Source of the DNA: Candidatus Binatia bacterium
Lineage (GTDB): Bacteria; Desulfobacterota; Binatia; HRBIN30
Direction: 5' to 3'
Assembly: GCA_038245295.1 (NCBI GenBank)
Contig: JBBRSP010000013.1
Location: forward strand, 87,414-151,413
DNA length: 64,000 nt
Shown here piece by piece: positions 52,538-62,255 of this stretch. The notes under the pieces were generated by a model that made no database searches, had not been told where the DNA came from, and was given only the letters and a program-made list of their open reading frames with translations. Numbering within the stretch: position 1 is the first letter of the stretch; each line of letters begins with the position of its first letter. Made by a program: the position numbers and the translations under genes.

Positions 52538-53530
52538 CTACAGCCAGCCGGCCTTCTTGAAGCGCCAGTAAAGAACGCCGCAAGCGGTGGCCATGCCGGC
52601 GATGGCGAACTCATAGCCCCAGGCCCAATGCAGCTCGGGGATGCTGTCGAAGTTCATGCCATAGATGCCGGCAATCGCCGTCGGCACACCGAGAATCGCC
52701 GCCCAGGCGGCGAGTTGTTTCATGACGTCATTCTGGCGCACGGCGATCAGCGACAGGTTTGCTTCGAGCGCACTGGTGAGCAATTCGCGCAGCGTGTCGA
52801 GGGTTTCGTTGATGCGTACCACGTGGTCGTAAACGTCGCGGAAATAGAGGCGCGTATCTTCTGGAATGAGCTTCGAGTCGAACCGCATCAACCGATTGCA
52901 GACATCGACGAGCGGCGACACGGCGCGCTTCAGGGCGACGAGATCGCGCTTGAGCTCATAGATCCGACCGGTCGTTTCGCTCGTGAAACGATCGCCGAAG
53001 ATCTCTTCTTCCAAACCCTCCAACTGCTCCTCAAGCTGGTCGACGGTTGGGAAGTAGTGGTCGATGATCGAGTCCATGATGGCGTAGAGAACAAAGCCTG
53101 GGCCCTTGCGCAGGAGATGCGGGGAAGCTTCGCAACGCGTTCGTACCTCGGCGTAGGAGTGCGACCTGCCGTGGCGAATCGTGACGACATATTGCGGTCC
53201 GATGAAAATGTGAGTCTCGCCGAATTCGATCTTGTCGTTCTCCAGCCACGCTGTGCGCAGCACGACAAACAGCGACTCGCCGTACTCTTCCGCCTTCGGT
53301 CGTTGATGGGCGCGCAGAGCGTCTTCGACGGCGAGCTCGTGCAGGCCGAACTCGCCCTGGATCTGCGCCATGATCTCCGGCGCCGGGTCCTGCAGGCCAA
53401 CCCAGATGAATTGGCCTGGAAACCTTATGACTTCGCTGATGTCCTCGATGTCGACGTTGCCGATCTTCTTGCCGTCGGCATAGGCGGCGCAGGCCACCAC
53501 GCTCGCCGGATTGCGCGAACCCTGTTCCAT
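52538..53530 (-). CDS. corA: Magnesium/cobalt transporter CorA
   Basis: GLHELAVEDA..HQRPK, YFRDVYDH, YGMNF signature, two C-terminal TM helices. Confidence 0.93.
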   Translation of the reverse strand: MEQGSRNPASVVACAAYADGKKIGNVDIEDISEVIRFPGQFIWVGLQDPAPEIMAQIQGEFGLHELAVEDALRAHQRPKAEEYGESLFVVLRTAWLENDKIEFGETHIFIGPQYVVTIRHGRSHSYAEVRTRCEASPHLLRKGPGFVLYAIMDSIIDHYFPTVDQLEEQLEGLEEEIFGDRFTSETTGRIYELKRDLVALKRAVSPLVDVCNRLMRFDSKLIPEDTRLYFRDVYDHVVRINETLDTLRELLTSALEANLSLIAVRQNDVMKQLAAWAAILGVPTAIAGIYGMNFDSIPELHWAWGYEFAIAGMATACGVLYWRFKKAGWL

Positions 53531-53611
53531 GCGGCGCAGGACTACATCAGGAAGACTGCAAAAGTCGAAGGCGTCTTGGTGGGGCGCAATCTCGACCTTA
53601 CCCGGCGCGCC

Positions 53612-55474
53612 TCAGAAGCTCGCCCACCACGGCGCGCTTTCCTGATTGCGGCGCTCGACGATGACGTTGCGGGCTTCCAGGATGGAGCCTTCGACCCGCC
53701 GCATTTCAGCGAGGTCGATGTTGTACTTCGTCAGTGCCTCGACCTCCGAGAATCGCGCTTGTGTCAATTTGTCCTGGAAGTCGAGCAGGTCCTTGGTCGT
53801 CGCGAGGCCGACATCGTAGCGCGCCTTTTGGTTGCGGACGTTTTCTTCCGCCAGCTCGCGGGCGATGCGCGTCGCCTCAATGCTCTTCAGGTCGGTCTCG
53901 AGATTACTGACCGCCGTCTTGATCTCCAAGGAGACGCTCTCCTCGAGTTTACGCAGCCCGAGATTCGATTGCTCGACGTCGATCGAGGCTTTGGAATAGT
54001 CAGCGCGAGCTTGCGCGTTGGCGATGGGGATCTCGATCGTCGCGCCGATTGCGTAGTTGTAGTATCGGCCATCGGGAAGCAGATCGAGGGCGCTGCCATA
54101 TCCACCTTCGAGGTTGGCCGGGCCTTGAAACGTCTTCGGATTGAGCGGACTGCTCTCTTTTGTTCGGTCGTAGAATGGATTGTTGACGTCCGGGCGGCTC
54201 CCACTAATCCCGTTTACGCCGATTTCGCCAAGCAGGTTGAGACGTGGCAGCAGTTGATTCTCGGCCACCTTGCGCGCCAGGCCGCGGCCGCGCAGATCGA
54301 GCCGCGCCGCTTGCAACTCGGGGCGATGCTCGCGCGCCGTGTCCATACTGCGCTGCAGGTTGATGTTGTAGGTCTCGACTCGAGGGTCATCGGTAGGGTC
54401 GACAGCGAGCAGGGTATTGCCGCCGTCCTTCTTGGCGTTGATCAGGGCGCGCAGGTTGTCGCGCGCGATGGTCGTCAGGTTGCGGACGCGAATCAGATTC
54501 GACTCGCGCCGTGCCACTTCGGCCTGAGCCTCGAGAACAGCCGTACGCGGCAGGGAACCGACATTGAACTTGCCCTCGTTCTGGCGCAACAGCTCCTGCG
54601 CCAAGGTGAGGCTCTGTTCCTGCACGCGAACGGACTGGATCGACGCTACCAGCAGCCAGTAGCTGCGCTCGACGCCGGCGACGAGCGTCGACAGCGCCGC
54701 ACGATACTGTAGGATTGCGACCTGCTCCGTGTTCTGGGCGATGTCGACCAGCAACAGCGCGTAGCGCCAGCCGAAATCGCGCAGCAGCGGCTGGTTCAAC
54801 TGCAGACCCAGGGTCGTCGTGTAGCGCGGCACCAGCACGTTGATGATCGAAGGGTTGGCGACATTGCGGTTGTTGGTCCAAGCCAATGACAGATTGCCGC
54901 CGCTCAGCAACGTCTTGCGCAGTCCGGCATTGAAGCTGAAATTCTGGTCAAATTGGGAAGCTGCCCCGAGGCCGGAAGTCAGCGTTGACGTCGCGGGGAT
55001 GTTGCGGCGGTCGCGTCGGGTGTCGGCGAAGAGTCGTGGATCGAACTGCGAATAGGCCCGGCGAACATTGGCGGCGGCATTTTCCGGGCCGAGGTTCTGA
55101 ATCCGCAGGTCTGTGTTGTTCTGGATCGCCAATCCGATGCATTCTGGGAGCGACGTCACTTGTGGTGTCGTATCGCCGAGTCCGCCGTAGTGTTCGGAGA
55201 CGCGTTGGTCGTCGAGAATATCTTCGGGAAGATCGGCGCTCCATTGATGGCCGAGCACCTCGAAGACATTGGGGCGATCATCGAGCAGGTTCTTCCCCGT
55301 TGTCCCTTGCTCCTCCGCCGTGGTGGATGAGCCGGCGAGGATCGGCTTGGCCACGAGCACGAGGCTCGCGAGGATTGCTGCCGCAAGGGCCTTCCCATTT
55401 GTCATCCGCATCATTCCGCGAGCTCCTCTGCTTGAAGTGACCGACTCTCTATCACGCGCCGCGGCTTCCTTCAT
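53612..55474 (-). CDS. TolC family outer-membrane efflux protein
   Basis: LAIQNN.DL, QPLLR.FG, RPEL, LLP.LNL, RYDVGLAT..DLL; true start may be downstream (MMRM or MTNGK). Confidence 0.88.
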   Translation of the reverse strand: MKEAAARDRESVTSSRGARGMMRMTNGKALAAAILASLVLVAKPILAGSSTTAEEQGTTGKNLLDDRPNVFEVLGHQWSADLPEDILDDQRVSEHYGGLGDTTPQVTSLPECIGLAIQNNTDLRIQNLGPENAAANVRRAYSQFDPRLFADTRRDRRNIPATSTLTSGLGAASQFDQNFSFNAGLRKTLLSGGNLSLAWTNNRNVANPSIINVLVPRYTTTLGLQLNQPLLRDFGWRYALLLVDIAQNTEQVAILQYRAALSTLVAGVERSYWLLVASIQSVRVQEQSLTLAQELLRQNEGKFNVGSLPRTAVLEAQAEVARRESNLIRVRNLTTIARDNLRALINAKKDGGNTLLAVDPTDDPRVETYNINLQRSMDTAREHRPELQAARLDLRGRGLARKVAENQLLPRLNLLGEIGVNGISGSRPDVNNPFYDRTKESSPLNPKTFQGPANLEGGYGSALDLLPDGRYYNYAIGATIEIPIANAQARADYSKASIDVEQSNLGLRKLEESVSLEIKTAVSNLETDLKSIEATRIARELAEENVRNQKARYDVGLATTKDLLDFQDKLTQARFSEVEALTKYNIDLAEMRRVEGSILEARNVIVERRNQESAPWWASF

Positions 55475-58400
55475 CTTGCCTCGGGGCTTGCCTCGTGCGG
55501 CACGCTATCGCGGCCGAACAGGCCGAGAATGGCGTTGCGGGTACGCGAGAACAGCCGTGCCCGACCAAGATCGTCGAACAGCGAGTAGGCGACGGGGGTA
55601 AGCAGCAAGCTGAGCAAAAGGCAGAGCGCCTGTCCGCCGATGATCACCTTGGCCATCGAGGCGCGTGAGCCGGATCCGGGCCCCTGGCCCAGCGCGATGG
55701 GGATCATGCCGGCGATCAACATGACCGTGGTCATCAAGATCGGGCGCAGCCGTACATGATTTGCCTCGAGGATGGCGGCGTCGCGTTCCATCCCTTCGGC
55801 ACGCAAGGTGTTGGTGTAGTCGATTTGCAGGATGCCGTTCTTCTTGACGATGCCGAACAGCATGAACAGGCCGAGCACGCTGTAGATGTTGAGCGTGTCA
55901 CCCAGGATGACGAGCGATACGAGCGCAAATGGCACGGAGATCGGCAAAGCCATCAGGATGGTGATCGGGTGGAGGAAGCTTTCGAATTGCGCCGCCAGGA
56001 TCATGTACATGAACAGCAGGCTCAGCAGGAAGGCGATGGCAAAGTTCGAGCCGGTCTCCGCCATCGACTTCGCACGTCCGGAGAACTCGGCATGATACAT
56101 CGGTGGCATGTCGAGAGCCCCCAGGATCGGCTTGATCTTGGCGATGGCGACGGACAGGGCGAGTTTATCCAGGTTGGCAACGATGGTCACCTTGCGTTGG
56201 CGGCTGAACCGATCGATTTGCGCCGGCCCGCGTTCTTCGCTGAGCCGCGCCAGATTCGACACCTTGACCAGCGAGCCAACCGGTGTGGCGATGGTCAGAT
56301 CGCCCAACGCCTCCGCGGTGTTGCGGTTGGGCAGGCGGGCCCGCAGCCAGACATCGTACTGATCCTGGTCTTCCTTGTACTTGGTGATCGGCTCGCCGCC
56401 CACCAGGGTGCGCAGCGTCGCGGCCACGTCTTGCACCTTGAGGCCAAAGTCCGACGCCTTCTGGCGGTTGATCTCAATGCGCAACTCCGGTTGGCGGACG
56501 GAGAGTGTGGTGTCGACGTCGACGATTCCCGGCACTTTGCGCATGCCGGCCATGATCTGGTTGGAGAACTGATCCAACTTCTGGAGGTTCGGCCCCGTGA
56601 GATCGATTTCGATTTCCGTGTAGCGCTGGCCGCCTCCCATGAAGGCGTTGACGCCCTGGACACTGGCGCGCAGATCGGTCAGGTCGGCGAGTACCGCACG
56701 AGCCTTGGCCATGACGTCGAATTGCGTGAATCGACGCTCATGGAGATCGCTGAGGCGGACGTACACACTACCTTCGGTGACCGGGCCTTCGCCGGCGCGC
56801 AGGCGACCGGTGGCATCGCCGATTGTCGTCAGGAGATGCTTGACGCCGTCCAGTTTCGCCAGCCGCCCTTCCAACTCCAGGAAGGCCTTGTTGGTGCGAT
56901 CAAGGCTGAAGCCTTCCGGCGTCTGGACGATTACTTCGAACTCGCTCTGATCGTCCTGCGGTAGAAAGTCTTTGCCGACAATCCGGAAGAGTGGCACTGT
57001 CGACGCGACGGTGGCCATCGATAAAAGGACGATCACCCAGCGGTGTGCCAGGGACCAGCTGAGGATTACGCCGTAGACACGATCCATCGCGGCGTAGAAT
57101 CCGAAGCCGCGCGACGAGCGGCCGGAGGCGCGCACCTTCACCTTGAGAAAGCGCGAGCACAGCATTGGCGTCAGCGTGAACGACACCAGCAGGGAGACCA
57201 TGATGGAACAGGCGACGGTGATGCCGTAGCTGTTGAAGAACCTGCCGACGCGTCCGGACATGAAGGCGATCGGTAGGAAGATGACCACCAACGAAAGAGT
57301 TGTGGCCATGACCGCCAGACTGATTTCCTTGGTTGCCTGTGACGCCGCCTGGCGCGGCGGGATGCCGCGTTCCTCGGCGTAGCGAAAGATGTTCTCGAGG
57401 ACGACGACCGCGTCGTCGATCACGATGCCGGTCGCCAGCACGAGGCCCAGCATGGTGACGTTGTTGAGCGTGAAGCCCATGACGTCCATGAGTGTGAACG
57501 TCGAGATCAGCGAGGTTGGGATGGCGACCGCGGCAATCAATGTGGCGCGCAGATTGCCCATGAACAGCATCACGGTGAGGCTGACCAGGACAGCGGCGAG
57601 AATGAGATGGAACTGCAACTCGTCGATCGCCAGCTTGATGAAGCGCGAGTGATCGCGAACGACCTCGGTCGTCAGATCTTGCGGCAGCGTCGGTCGCAGC
57701 TCCTCCAGGCGCTTTTTGATGCGATCGATGACCTGCACGGTGTTGGTGCCGGCTTGTTTGCGCACCAGGAGCGACACGGCGGGATTACCATCGAGGCGTG
57801 CCATGTTGCGTGGATCGACGAAGGAGTCGGTGACGGTGCCGATGTCACCGATGGTCAGGGGGCGGCCTTGAACGCTGCCAACGATCAGTTTGGTGAAATC
57901 GTCGACCGACGTCAGGCGACCCATGGTGCGCAAGGTCAGTTCTTTGCTGCCCTGATCGACGTGACCGCTGGGGATCTCGAGATTCTGGGCGCGCATCGCG
58001 GTCTTCACCTGGCCGATCGAGATGTTGTAGGCGGCAAGTTTGTCGGTATCGACCTCCACGTTGATGGCGCGTTCCAATCCACCGACCATGGAAACCGAGC
58101 CGACGCCGCTCAACGTTTCGAGATCTTCTTTGATCGACTTGCGGGCGAGCTCGGTGACTTCGCGCAGCGGCCGTTTGCCGGCGACGGCGATACTGAGAAT
58201 TGGTGTCGACTCGACATCGAACTTGGCGACGATCGGCGAATCGGTGCCCTCTGGAAGTTGCGAGATGAGAGCGGCCACCTTGTCGCGAACGTCCTGAGCG
58301 GCGGCTTCGCGGTTGCGCTCGAGTACGAACATGACGATGATTTGGGACAAGCCTTCCTTGGTCGTCGAACGCAGCTCGTCGATGCCTTCGATCGTGTTGA

Positions 58401-58611
58401 TCGCTTCTTCAATTGGCTTGGTGACGCCGGTCTCCATCTCCTCGACGCTGGCGCCCTTCAAGGTTGTGGTGACGGTGACAATCGGGAAGTCGATGTTGGG
58501 AAAGAGATCGACCGCCAGTTTGCGGTACGAGAACAACCCGAGGGCCACCAGAAAAGCGATCAGCATGGTGGCGAAGACCGGGCGGCGAATACAAATATCG
58601 ACGAACTTCAT
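55471..58611 (-). CDS. RND efflux permease (AcrB/HAE1 family)
   Basis: IRRPVFA, GIVIDDAVVVLENI, GIVKKNGIL, RLRPILMT; 1046 aa. Confidence 0.95.
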   Translation of the reverse strand: MKFVDICIRRPVFATMLIAFLVALGLFSYRKLAVDLFPNIDFPIVTVTTTLKGASVEEMETGVTKPIEEAINTIEGIDELRSTTKEGLSQIIVMFVLERNREAAAQDVRDKVAALISQLPEGTDSPIVAKFDVESTPILSIAVAGKRPLREVTELARKSIKEDLETLSGVGSVSMVGGLERAINVEVDTDKLAAYNISIGQVKTAMRAQNLEIPSGHVDQGSKELTLRTMGRLTSVDDFTKLIVGSVQGRPLTIGDIGTVTDSFVDPRNMARLDGNPAVSLLVRKQAGTNTVQVIDRIKKRLEELRPTLPQDLTTEVVRDHSRFIKLAIDELQFHLILAAVLVSLTVMLFMGNLRATLIAAVAIPTSLISTFTLMDVMGFTLNNVTMLGLVLATGIVIDDAVVVLENIFRYAEERGIPPRQAASQATKEISLAVMATTLSLVVIFLPIAFMSGRVGRFFNSYGITVACSIMVSLLVSFTLTPMLCSRFLKVKVRASGRSSRGFGFYAAMDRVYGVILSWSLAHRWVIVLLSMATVASTVPLFRIVGKDFLPQDDQSEFEVIVQTPEGFSLDRTNKAFLELEGRLAKLDGVKHLLTTIGDATGRLRAGEGPVTEGSVYVRLSDLHERRFTQFDVMAKARAVLADLTDLRASVQGVNAFMGGGQRYTEIEIDLTGPNLQKLDQFSNQIMAGMRKVPGIVDVDTTLSVRQPELRIEINRQKASDFGLKVQDVAATLRTLVGGEPITKYKEDQDQYDVWLRARLPNRNTAEALGDLTIATPVGSLVKVSNLARLSEERGPAQIDRFSRQRKVTIVANLDKLALSVAIAKIKPILGALDMPPMYHAEFSGRAKSMAETGSNFAIAFLLSLLFMYMILAAQFESFLHPITILMALPISVPFALVSLVILGDTLNIYSVLGLFMLFGIVKKNGILQIDYTNTLRAEGMERDAAILEANHVRLRPILMTTVMLIAGMIPIALGQGPGSGSRASMAKVIIGGQALCLLLSLLLTPVAYSLFDDLGRARLFSRTRNAILGLFGRDSVPHEASPEAR

Positions 58612-58645
58612 GCGCAGCAGACTCCTTGTTGGCGCAATTCGGATG

Positions 58646-59734
58646 CTAGTCGGCGGTCGTTTCCCCGGCGTTGTCGCGCAGGGTGACCGTCGAGCCGTTT
58701 TCCAGCTTGGCGAGACCGGAAACTACGATCGACTCGCCTTCCTTCACCCCTTCGATGACCTCGATCAGCCCCTTGCCGCCGCGTGAACCGGTTTGCACCT
58801 GACGTTCCTCGGCGACGCCATTGTTGACGACGAAGACCTTGGTCACGCCGGCGAAGGTGATGAGCGCTTCCTGCGGAATCATCAGGGCGCGATCATCGGT
58901 GCGGGTGACGACGCCGCCTTTGGCGAAGAATCCGGGCTTGAGCTTGCGCTCGTGATTGTCGATCGACGCCTCCAGGGCGACCGAGCGGCTGGCCGCGTTC
59001 GCGGTCGGACTGATACGTGCGACTTTACCTTGGAATATGGTGTCGCCGAACGCGTCGACATGGACCTGAACCGCCTGCCCGACCTGTAGCTCGTTGGCGA
59101 AGCGTTCGGGGACATCACCGCGCAGTTTCAGCGGGTCATCGTTGACGATGGTGAACAGCTGGCTTCCCGGACGCACGTACTCGCCGGCCGAAACGAAACG
59201 TTTGGCGATTGCTCCGTCGATGGGCGAGGAGACGCGTGCGTTGCGGATGTTGACGGCCATGAGCTCGCGCTGCGCCGCTGCCACCTCGACGTGGGTCTGC
59301 ATGCTCTCGTATTCTTGCTTCGAGATGACGTTCCCCTGCACCAGTTGGCGAGCCCGTTCCTCGTCCGTCTTCGCCTTGGACAGAGTTGCCTCCATCTCGC
59401 GTTGGCGGGCGCGCCACTGCGCATCGTCGATCTGGGCAAGTTGGGCGCCTTTGTGGACGGCGTCACCCAGATCGACGGCGAGTGTTTGGATCTGCCCCTC
59501 GACCTGACTGGAGATGGTGACTTCTTCATTGCCGAACAACGTTCCGACGAAGTTTACGATGCGCGCGCTGGGTTGTACTCGCACGGCGGCGACTTTGACG
59601 GGGACGGCCGACTTCGCTTGCTGCTCGGCTACCGCCTTGGCTTCCGCGGCCTCGGCGGCGGTGCTGATCGAGCGGCCACAGGCGCTTAGGCCGATGGCGA
59701 AAAAAATACTCAAGGTAACTTCGGAACGCTTCAT
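58646..59734 (-). CDS. RND membrane fusion (periplasmic adaptor) lipoprotein
   Basis: LSAC lipobox, lipoyl-like halves (GQI..LAVDLGD.V; SPIDG.I), LKPGFF. Confidence 0.93.
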   Translation of the reverse strand: MKRSEVTLSIFFAIGLSACGRSISTAAEAAEAKAVAEQQAKSAVPVKVAAVRVQPSARIVNFVGTLFGNEEVTISSQVEGQIQTLAVDLGDAVHKGAQLAQIDDAQWRARQREMEATLSKAKTDEERARQLVQGNVISKQEYESMQTHVEVAAAQRELMAVNIRNARVSSPIDGAIAKRFVSAGEYVRPGSQLFTIVNDDPLKLRGDVPERFANELQVGQAVQVHVDAFGDTIFQGKVARISPTANAASRSVALEASIDNHERKLKPGFFAKGGVVTRTDDRALMIPQEALITFAGVTKVFVVNNGVAEERQVQTGSRGGKGLIEVIEGVKEGESIVVSGLAKLENGSTVTLRDNAGETTAD

Positions 59735-59749
59735 GAAACCGAACCCTTC

Positions 59750-60373
59750 CTAAACTGCACGAACGGACCGTAAACGCGGCGACTGGGCGATCGGATCACC
59801 GCTCAGCCCGCGCAAGAAAATCTGTGTGACCAGGCGCGCTACTTCATCCGGACGATCGCTGCCGTTGCGGTAAACGCAGGCACCGCGAATCATCCCCTGC
59901 AAAATACCGACCGACAGACGCGCATTGACGCGGGCGATGTCGCCACGGACCGCGGCGCGATCCAGAACACGCCCCATCATCTGGGAGACCTGGTTGCGCC
60001 GACTCTGCCATTCGGCGCGCTCCTTGGCGTTCATTTTCGATTCCAGGCGATGCATCAGGATCAAGAAGTCGCGTTGCTTCCAAAAATAGCCGACGAGCGT
60101 GCGAACGAAGCCGGCGATCATGGCTTCCAGTGGCAGATCGCTCTGTAGGACGGTCATGAGACCCGCGTGCAACTCATCCAGGCCGTCACGGATCGAGGCA
60201 ATGTACAGCTCTTCCTTGGAGCGGAAGTAGCGGTAGAGCGTACCTTTGCCGATGCCGATCTCCTCGGCGATGTCGTCGATGAGAACTTCATGAAACTCGC
60301 GTTGCGAGAACACGCCGGCGGCGCAACGCACAATCGCCGCCTTCGTCTCCTCGCTCTTTTTTCGTCCTCGCAT
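59750..60373 (-). CDS. TetR/AcrR family regulator of the RND operon
   Basis: DDIAEEIGIGKGTLYRYFRSKEEL HTH; GAGGAG RBS. Confidence 0.92.
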   Translation of the reverse strand: MRGRKKSEETKAAIVRCAAGVFSQREFHEVLIDDIAEEIGIGKGTLYRYFRSKEELYIASIRDGLDELHAGLMTVLQSDLPLEAMIAGFVRTLVGYFWKQRDFLILMHRLESKMNAKERAEWQSRRNQVSQMMGRVLDRAAVRGDIARVNARLSVGILQGMIRGACVYRNGSDRPDEVARLVTQIFLRGLSGDPIAQSPRLRSVRAV

Positions 60374-60386
60374 CGTCTCCTCGAAT

Positions 60387-60407
60387 AACGGAACTGACCA
60401 GTCCGTT
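60387..60407. promoter_or_regulatory. Candidate TetR operator
   Basis: Imperfect palindrome AACGGAACTGACCAGTCCGTT just upstream of the TetR RBS. Confidence 0.5.
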
Positions 60408-60452
60408 CTCAAACTAACAGCGAGCATCCCTCAGTCAATACGAACCCGCTAG

Positions 60453-60480
60453 GAAGAGTGAAGAGTGAAGGGTGAAGAGT
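60453..60480 (+). repeat. Tandem heptamer repeat (GAAGAGT x4)
   Basis: GAAGAGT GAAGAGT GAAGGGT GAAGAGT. Confidence 0.7.
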
Positions 60481-60572
60481 CAAAGGGCGCGAACGGGGGC
60501 GGCTGGGCTCGGCGTGTTTCCTACCCCTGATCCGGGTTCGGCTTGCCTGTGTGTTTGAGGTATATTGTCGCA

Positions 60573-60776
60573 ATGAACTTCAAGGTTGAAGTCGATCGAG
60601 AAGACGATGGTCGGTGGATTGCGGAAGTCTGCGAGTTGCCTGGCGTGCTCGTGTACGGGCACTCCGTGGAACAAGCCCAGGCTAAGGCGCAAGCTCTCGC
60701 ACTGCGTGTCCTTGCCGATCGCCTCGAGAACGGCGAGGCGGCGCCGTTTGAGAGCGTGTGTTTTGAAGCGGCATGA
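60573..60776 (+). CDS. hicB: HicB family antitoxin (short form)
   Basis: REDDGRWIAEV.ELPGV..YG.SVEQA. Confidence 0.85.
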   Translation: MNFKVEVDREDDGRWIAEVCELPGVLVYGHSVEQAQAKAQALALRVLADRLENGEAAPFESVCFEAA

Positions 60777-60988
60777 GCCAATGGGGCAGCACGCCCGCAC
60801 GGCGTATTCTGGCGGCACTGTTTAGAATCGGCTGGATGGAGAAGCGTAGAGCCGGGGGCTCTCATCGCGTCCTTTCCCGGCAAGGGTGGCCCGACTATGT
60901 GTGGGCATTTCACGATAAAGATGAGATCGGCCCGAGAATGCTCGCACGAATCGCCAAGCGTACGGGGCTTCGTCCTGAGGACCTCTGA
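60773..60988 (+). CDS. hicA: HicA family toxin
   Basis: L.RIGW...R.GGSHRVL...FHD.DEIGPRMLARIAK.TGL; ATGA overlap with hicB. Confidence 0.85.
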   Translation: MSQWGSTPARRILAALFRIGWMEKRRAGGSHRVLSRQGWPDYVWAFHDKDEIGPRMLARIAKRTGLRPEDL

Positions 60989-61047
60989 CGGGGAGCGGAA
61001 CAAGCCGATGACTCTGATGGCCTTGACCGTTCGACGCTTCGGCCACG

Positions 61048-61806
61048 ATGGACCTAGATGAACTCATACGGAAGGCGTCGAGGGGAACGCTGAGTGCGTC
61101 TGACGTAGAGGCCGTATCAGGCATGGGAACGCCGACTGGCGAGTTCTTCGATCAGTTCGCGGGGCGTGTGGCGAATCGCTACTGGCGCGGGGAGTACTCC
61201 TGGGAGTTTGCAGATGCTGCCATGAACGAGTTGTTTGCGTACGCGTACGTGCGGAGCAACTCCGGCCTCTCATCGTTTGCGTGGGCGGTGTTCAGCGCCT
61301 TCGATGAAGGCGAATACATTCACGCAGGCGCCAACGGTGAGGAAAGAACCCTGGCCCTTCTCGAGCCACTGATTGGATCAACCGCTGGTACTTCCCACGA
61401 CGAAGCGCGAGCCATCCACCACGTAAGAGCTGCGGATGCGAATGATTGTCGTTGTCAAACCATGCCAAAGGCACTGCTTGTTGCCGATCAACCGGCGAAC
61501 TGGGTCGACACTTTGGAACATGTAGAGTCGGACAATTGGAACATCCTGCGCTCGTGTAAGGGATGTCGGCAACTGTGGTCGGTGGAACTGTTTGACAGAC
61601 TCCAGCCTCAGGTCGCGATTCGCGTAACTGAGCGGGGGCGCTGGCTGGAGGAGGGCGAGTGCGTCGACACTCGAAAGCAACTTCTCTTGCAGTCTCGCGG
61701 CGGGACTCAAGTGGAGCCTTGTGCCTGGTTGGCATGCTCCGATGAACCCGTTGTGGGAGTAGCGTATTGCTTGAACCATTTGTGGCAAACTGGGGCGCGG
61801 CGGTAA
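61048..61806 (+). CDS. Hypothetical protein, apparently two fused domains (helical N-terminal; Cys-rich putative Zn-binding C-terminal)
   Basis: Lower-GC ORF; C-terminal CRC, CKGC, C...C...C..H pattern. Confidence 0.5.
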   Translation: MDLDELIRKASRGTLSASDVEAVSGMGTPTGEFFDQFAGRVANRYWRGEYSWEFADAAMNELFAYAYVRSNSGLSSFAWAVFSAFDEGEYIHAGANGEERTLALLEPLIGSTAGTSHDEARAIHHVRAADANDCRCQTMPKALLVADQPANWVDTLEHVESDNWNILRSCKGCRQLWSVELFDRLQPQVAIRVTERGRWLEEGECVDTRKQLLLQSRGGTQVEPCAWLACSDEPVVGVAYCLNHLWQTGARR

Positions 61807-62005
61807 TGCGTCCAACGCGCGGCTGTTGGCGACGAGAAGCGTGCGTTCCGGGCGACTACCCATTCCGCGTTGTGGAGATCCGCTGCCGGGAGAATGGAAG
61901 GGCCGGTGAACGCGGGCCGCTGCTGAGCAGGCACGCGCGATAGCGGCATTTGGCCATCCGTGGTGCGACCGTTGGCGTTGGCTTGCCGATACGGCTCCCA
62001 ACTCT

Positions 62006-62062
62006 TTCACCACGAAGATTCACGAAGCCCGCGTCGTGGTCTTCGTGGACCTTCGTGGTGAA
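62006..62062. repeat. CACGAAG-type REP-like inverted repeat
   Basis: TTCACCACGAAG..CACGAAG / CTTCGTG..CTTCGTGGTGAA hairpin. Confidence 0.6.
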
Positions 62063-62255
62063 CTTTCGGACGGCGGGAACGATTCGAGAGACGCCGCGTG
62101 TATCGGAGTAGCGTTGGCGCTTCCCCGGCACCGCCGGTTCGCTGGCCGGCTCCCCGAGCCGCCCCTGTAGGACACGAGTGCGACCCGAGTTGGTTCCGGC
62201 TGGAAGCGGGTAGGACATCGGCTGAACTTGTCCCTCCGTGTGCTATCGGCGTTCT

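Noticed and set aside
52628..54712. 694-aa + strand ORF
   Set aside because: Antisense to well-supported corA and tolC; no family motifs
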